NCBI GenBank assembly: GCA_963664325.2
Contig: CAXXDQ010000005.1
Location: 64,001 to 128,000 of the forward strand
DNA length: 64,000 nt
Direction: 5' to 3'
Origin: Desulfomonilia bacterium
GTDB taxonomy: Bacteria; Desulfobacterota; Desulfomonilia; UBA1062
A model generated the notes under the pieces. It did no database searches, was not told the origin of the DNA, and saw only the letters and a list, made by a program, of their open reading frames with translations. Shown here piece by piece: positions 58,982-64,000 of the stretch. The position numbers and the translations under genes were made by a program. Every line of letters begins with the position of its first letter. Within the stretch, counting starts at the first letter, position 1.

Positions 58982-59953
58982 TCAGGATGAGAGGCGGGCC
59001 CCTTTGACAAGGTAGTCCTGAATGTATTCCCTGACGCCTTCTTCAAGCGGAGCCGGCTCGTCATTAAAGCCTGCTTTTACAAGCTTTGAAGTGTCTGCCA
59101 GTGTAAAATACTGATACTTGTCCCTTAATGTCTCAGGCATGTCGATAAAGTCTATGGCAGGCTCCATCCCGAGGGAGGCGAATATGGCGTTTGCAAGGTC
59201 CAGCCAGGTGCGTGCATGGCCTGCACCTACATTGAAGATGCCCGATATGTCCCTATTATCCAGAAAAAAAAGGACTGCCCTGACCGCATCCTTTACATAG
59301 ATGAAATCCCTTTTCTGGCAGCCGTCATTGTATTCCTGATTGTACGATTTGAAGAGCTTCAGCCTTCCGGACTCCCTGACCTGTTCGAAACCCTTGTGGA
59401 CAAAACTTCTCATATCCGCCTTGTGGTATTCGTTCGGGCCGTAGACATTGAAGAATTTAAGGCCTGCCATCGTCGAGAGAAAGCCCATCCTTTTTGCCCA
59501 CAGGTCGAAGAGCTGCTTTGAAAAGCCGTACATGTTAAGCGGCATCAGTCCTTCAAGCCTTGATTCATCATCGGAAAAACCCTTTGATCCGTCACCGTAA
59601 GTGGCTGCCGATGATGCGTAAATAAACCTGATGCCTTTACCGGCTGAATAAAGGGCCAGGTCTTTTGTAAACTGGAAGTTGTTCCTGACAAGGTAGGTCG
59701 CATCCGCCTCGGTCGTTGAAGAACAGGCCCCCATGTGGATTATGGCATCGATCTCAGGCGGTGCGCCCGAATGTATCCGGGCGAGGAAGTCGTCTTTTTC
59801 CCTGTAATCTGCGAAGGCGAGGCCTCTCAGATTTTTCCACTTTGAAGAGGTTCCCAGATGGTCGACAGCCAGGATATCATCCATGCCCCTCTGATTCAGG
59901 GCATGAATGACCGCGCTGCCTATGAAGCCCGCCCCGCCTGTGACTGCTATCAA
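58982..59953 (-). CDS. rfaD: ADP-L-glycero-D-manno-heptose 6-epimerase
   Basis: TGGAGFIGS, HMGACSSTTE, YASSAATYG, PLN.YG.SK, KYQYFT.AD. Confidence 0.94.
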   Translation of the reverse strand: MIAVTGGAGFIGSAVIHALNQRGMDDILAVDHLGTSSKWKNLRGLAFADYREKDDFLARIHSGAPPEIDAIIHMGACSSTTEADATYLVRNNFQFTKDLALYSAGKGIRFIYASSAATYGDGSKGFSDDESRLEGLMPLNMYGFSKQLFDLWAKRMGFLSTMAGLKFFNVYGPNEYHKADMRSFVHKGFEQVRESGRLKLFKSYNQEYNDGCQKRDFIYVKDAVRAVLFFLDNRDISGIFNVGAGHARTWLDLANAIFASLGMEPAIDFIDMPETLRDKYQYFTLADTSKLVKAGFNDEPAPLEEGVREYIQDYLVKGARLSS

Positions 59954-60048
59954 TTTTGACTCCTGATTAAAATGGTGGTGAGAAAAGGTATTAACGCCCG
60001 ATAAAACCCTGCATTAACTCTTCACTCACCACTGTTAACTCTACACTC

Positions 60049-60894
60049 TTATTTTCCTGCATGTTCCGAACCGGGTCGGCCTACCCATTCCTTCATACCT
60101 TGGGCCAAACCCATTAGCAGCAGCACCCTGACCATTACGAAATCAGGCAGAAGCGCCCTGGCGATTACTCCGATATGAAGCATCGGCGGTATCTTGATTA
60201 CGTTGCGGCCTTTCTTCAGCGCCTTTTCAACAATGGCCTCGGCAACCGTGTCGTGCTTCTCCACCCTTGGCACAACCAGTTCCCCCAGGAAGTTCAGCCT
60301 TCCGCCTTCGAACATGCCTGTTTTAAGGAAATGGGGGTGAATCGAGGTATATCTTATATTCTTCTTGTCAAGAATCGCCTCGAACCTCAGCGATTCGGTC
60401 AGGCCCCACACTGCCCATTTCGTGGCGCAGTAAACGGCAAGGTCCGGTACTCCGAGAACACCTGCTGCGGATGATATGTTTATAATGTGCCCCAGATTCC
60501 TTTTGTACATTCCAGGGAGAAATGCCTGGATCGTGTAATACATCGATGTAAGGTTGACGTCCGTTTCCCTTTCCCAGTCCTCAACGGGACGGTCGCAGAA
60601 CCTGCCGGGTTTAACATAGCCTGCGTTATTGACCAGTATGTCCACCTGCCCCATGTCTTTTTCAGCCTGAACTGCAAGCTCTTTTACCCTTTTCTTGTCT
60701 GTTACATCGCACTGATAGGTAAAGACCTTTCCGCCTCCTATCCGCTCAAGGTCTGCCTTTGCGTCTTTAAGGGCATTTTCGTTCATATCCCATAATGTAA
60801 CGTCGCAGCCATCCATGATGAGCCTTCTGCATGTGGCAAATCCGATTCCCATTGCACCGCCGGTAACAACAGCCTTTTTCCCCCTGATATCCAT
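60049..60894 (-). CDS. SDR oxidoreductase
   Basis: TGGAMGIG, NNAG, YCATK. Confidence 0.9.
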   Translation of the reverse strand: MDIRGKKAVVTGGAMGIGFATCRRLIMDGCDVTLWDMNENALKDAKADLERIGGGKVFTYQCDVTDKKRVKELAVQAEKDMGQVDILVNNAGYVKPGRFCDRPVEDWERETDVNLTSMYYTIQAFLPGMYKRNLGHIINISSAAGVLGVPDLAVYCATKWAVWGLTESLRFEAILDKKNIRYTSIHPHFLKTGMFEGGRLNFLGELVVPRVEKHDTVAEAIVEKALKKGRNVIKIPPMLHIGVIARALLPDFVMVRVLLLMGLAQGMKEWVGRPGSEHAGK

Positions 60895-60918
60895 AATAAT
60901 GCCTCCTTCGTTATGATT

Positions 60919-63486
60919 TCATTCTTCAGCCCAGCGTATGAGCCCGATATCCACTGGAAATCTCACATGCTCATGTCGTGGCATGATCCTGATCGTATAC
61001 CCGAACCGGCCAGTATCTTCACAGGTCAGAACCGCCCTGAATTTGTGTATGCCGTCACCGAGACTCTTTTCATGTTCCATCACAAGATCCCGGGTGTCGG
61101 CAAGGTTATTGGCATCATCAAGGATACCGTAATAAACGCGCGCGCTTATCTGTGACGGTTCGATGGCGCCCAGCTGTATTTTGGCATTGATGACAAGCTC
61201 GGAATCCACCTTTACCTCGGCGCTGCCCTCGTGGTCCATTTCAAGCACTTTGACCGATTTCCAGTTTGTGACAAGGTGATTACGCCATTCCACGATATCC
61301 TTGGCCACCTTGAAATTGCTTGCTGAAAGGGTCTTATGGTTTAGGGCCGCCTCCATATAGCAGCGGTCGGTATATTCCTCCACCATCCTGTTCGAATTAA
61401 AGGCCGGGCAAAGGGTGCGCATGGATTTCTTCATCATGGATATCCAGCCACGGGGAAGGCCGTCAAGGCCCCTTTCATAGAATATGGGGATTATCTCCCG
61501 CTCAAGAAGGTCGTAAATGGCCTTGCTCTCCACCAGATCCTGGTTTTCCCAGTTGTCATATTTTTCATCCTTGCCGATGGACCAGCCGAGTCCCGGTGCA
61601 TAACCCTCGTCCCACCAGCCGTCTTCAACGCTTAAATTCAAGGCCCCGTTTGCCGTCGCCTTCATCCCGGAAGTGCCGCAGGCTTCGAGAGGCCTGCGCG
61701 GATTGTTGAGCCAGATGTCCACGCCCTGAACCAGATATCTTCCGATATTCATATTGTAGTCTTCGAGGAACACGATTTTATCCCTGAACGGGTCTTCCCT
61801 GCTTGCATGGATAATCCTCTGGATTATATCCTTTCCCTCGCTGTCCCTGGGATGGGCTTTTCCTGCAACAATAAGCTGTACCGGCCGTTCCTTGCTTGAC
61901 AGGATTGCCTTGAGCCGCTCTATATCCTTGAAAATAAGAAGGCCCCTCTTGTAAGTCGCCATGCGCCTTGCAAAACCTATTGTCAGAGCATCCGGCTTGA
62001 GCACCTCCCTTGCCCTTTCGATTTTCCCTGGGGTTTACCCCCTGTCTTTTAAGCTGGTCAATCAGGCGCTTTCTTGAAAACTCCACAAGCCTTCTTCGCC
62101 TTCTCTCATGGGTGTACCAGAGCTCGGTATCGGGTATTTCATCAATCCTTTCCCAGAGCCTGCTGCTGTCAGGGTCCTCCTTCCATTCGGGGCCCAGGTA
62201 CCTGTCAAAGAGGTCCGCCATTTCGGCGGATATCCATGAGGGGATATGTATTCCGTTCGTAACGGATGAAATAGGGATCTCATCCGGGGATACATGGGGC
62301 CATATGTCCCTCCACATATTCCTTGAAACCACACCGTGAAGCTTGCTCACGCCGTTTCTGAATTCGGAGGTTCTGAGTGCGAAGACAGTCGCTCCAAAAG
62401 GCTCTGAACTGTCTTTTGTGTTCTGCCGGCCCATCTTCATGAAATCGTTCCAGGATATGCCCACTTCATCAGTTGTAAGGCTTTATATACCTCTCAACGA
62501 GGTTCGCGTTGAAGACGTCGTTTCCGGCCGGAACAGGTGTGTGTGTTGTGAAGACCATGGATGATCTGACAAGTGCAAAGGCCGTCGGGAAATCAAGCCC
62601 GGTGTTCAGCATGTAAGACCTGATCCTTTCCAGCCCTACAAGGAAGCTGTGGCCTTCGTTCATGTGATAGACCATGGGATCAATGCCAAGCGCCTTCAGG
62701 GCCCTTATACCGCCTATTCCCAGGATGATTTCCTGCTTGAGCCGGTATTCCTCGTTTCCTCCGTAGAGGTTTGCGGTAAGCTGCCTGTCGTCTTCGGTGT
62801 TTTCAGATATGTTCGTATCAAGGAGATACAGGGGGGATCCTTCCCACATTGCAGCGCCATATCTGGAGTTTGATATCGTGGTCTCCCATTCTGAGAGGTA
62901 TCCTGTAAGGAATTCCCTTGCTGTCTTTTTCAAGCGTCAGCGCCATATGGTAAAAATCATTATCCGTATCCTTTTCCTGCTGCCAGCCGTCAACGTTCAA
63001 CTGCTGGGTAAAATAGCCGTGCTTGTACATGAGGCCCACACTGATTAAAGGGAGCCTCAGATCGCTTGCGCTTTTAAGGTGATCGCCGGCTAATATGCCC
63101 AGGCCGCCTGAATATATAGGCAGGCTTTCCGTGATGCCGTATTCCATGGAAAAGTAACCGATCTTAAAATCGATGGGCTGGGAAATCAGAAAAGAATAGA
63201 CGCCTTTTTCAGACATGTAGTCGGTGAATGCCTCATAAGTTTTTTCCATCTGGGACAGGAACCCTTCATCCTCAAGGAGGTCCATTATCCGGGACTGGGA
63301 GATTTTTGATAACATGTTTACCGGATTGTGGACGATTTCCTCCCAGAGGTCCCTGTCCATGTGTCTGAAGAGCCTCAACCCCTGCTGGTTCCAGGAGAAC
63401 CACAGATTCAAGGCCAGTTCTTTAACCGGCTTGAGCATTTCGGGAAGGGCTGGCCTTACCCAATATGGAACTTTCTTTATCTGCAT
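60919..63486 (-). pseudogene. glgP: Alpha-glucan (glycogen) phosphorylase split by three +1 frameshifts (probably sequencing errors)
   Basis: YFSMEYG, YSGGLG.LAGD, HMNEGH, FTTHTPVPAG, TNGIH, GFARR..YKR, EACGTSGMK spread over four consecutive ORFs. Confidence 0.85.
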
Positions 63487-63584
63487 AAGGACCCCCTTTC
63501 AAAATAAGGACAGGTTGCAGCCTGCCGGAATAAGGGCGGGGTCATCCCCGCCTTTTAAGTCTTTCAAATGCTTATGTTTTGCAG

Positions 63585-64000
63585 CTATTTCTTTTTAGTT
63601 TTTTTTGCCTGGGACGATTTCGAACCGGCCTTTTCATTAAGTTTGGCCTTTGCCTTCTTTGCGGCTTCAGTTTCAGGATATGCCTTTACCACCTTTTCCA
63701 GGGAAAGGCGTCCGGCCTCGTTGTCTCCGAGCTCAATCAGGGCTACGCCTTCCTTATAAAGGCAGTCAGGCACCTTCGGGCTTTTGGGGTAATTTTTTAT
63801 TACCATGTCATACCTGTCCATGGCCGCCTCGAAATTGCCTTCTGCAAAGAGGCATTCCCCTGCCCAGAAACTGGCGTTGTCTATAAGGTCGCCGTTCGGA
63901 TAGTTTGCAATATAGGCATCAAATGCCTTGAGGGCCTCCAGGTTCTTCCCGGCCCTGTATTTTTCCAGCGCCGCATCGTATTGTGATTTTGATGATGCTG
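63585..64000 (-). CDS. ybgF: Tol-Pal system protein YbgF/CpoB (3' part; runs off window)
   Basis: TPR region with NA.FW.GE, YP.S.K.PD.LYK.G, YP.TEAA. Confidence 0.8.
   Translation of the reverse strand, partial: ASSKSQYDAALEKYRAGKNLEALKAFDAYIANYPNGDLIDNASFWAGECLFAEGNFEAAMDRYDMVIKNYPKSPKVPDCLYKEGVALIELGDNEAGRLSLEKVVKAYPETEAAKKAKAKLNEKAGSKSSQAKKTKKK

Noticed and set aside
58744-59064. ORFs spanning 58744-59064 and 58763-58969
   Set aside because: They overlap tRNA-Leu; spurious
1-64000. CRISPR array, prophage or IS transposase
   Set aside because: No regularly spaced repeat-spacer array, no cas, phage structural or transposase motifs seen

Overview
Bacterial chromosome segment of roughly 50% GC. 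Gene content and intergenic repeats suggest an anaerobic Desulfobacterota/deltaproteobacterium, possibly a metagenome assembly (inference). The left ~25 kb is an accessory island bounded by a diverged ~275-bp direct repeat: the 3' end of an ABC-F (uup-like) gene plus downstream DNA at 541-815 and 24826-25099. No integrase is visible inside it. The island holds (i) an aldo/keto-reductase/AraC module, (ii) a run of integron-like gene cassettes with degenerate attC sites and no intI, including a HEXXH metallopeptidase + Pepco-like pair and a RusA-like nuclease bracketed by ~70-bp palindromic direct repeats, and (iii) a 13-gene CoA-dependent catabolic operon. That operon has a Cys-less thiolase/DUF35 pair and a corrinoid protein + UroD/MtaA-type methyltransferase, and lies divergent from two tandem MerR-TetR fusion regulators. 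The right ~39 kb is mostly housekeeping (rnhA, xseAB, dtd, degP-like, coaX, amidase, xerD, tRNA nucleotidyltransferase, tRNA-Ala, tRNA-Leu, rfaD, frameshifted glgP, ybgF). It also contains small insertions: MITE-like repeats, an HTH-GIY-YIG gene, a sigma54-type operon of three small membrane proteins, and a tandemly duplicated secreted-protein gene between two convergent tRNAs. All calls come from reading motifs by eye; no database searches were run.
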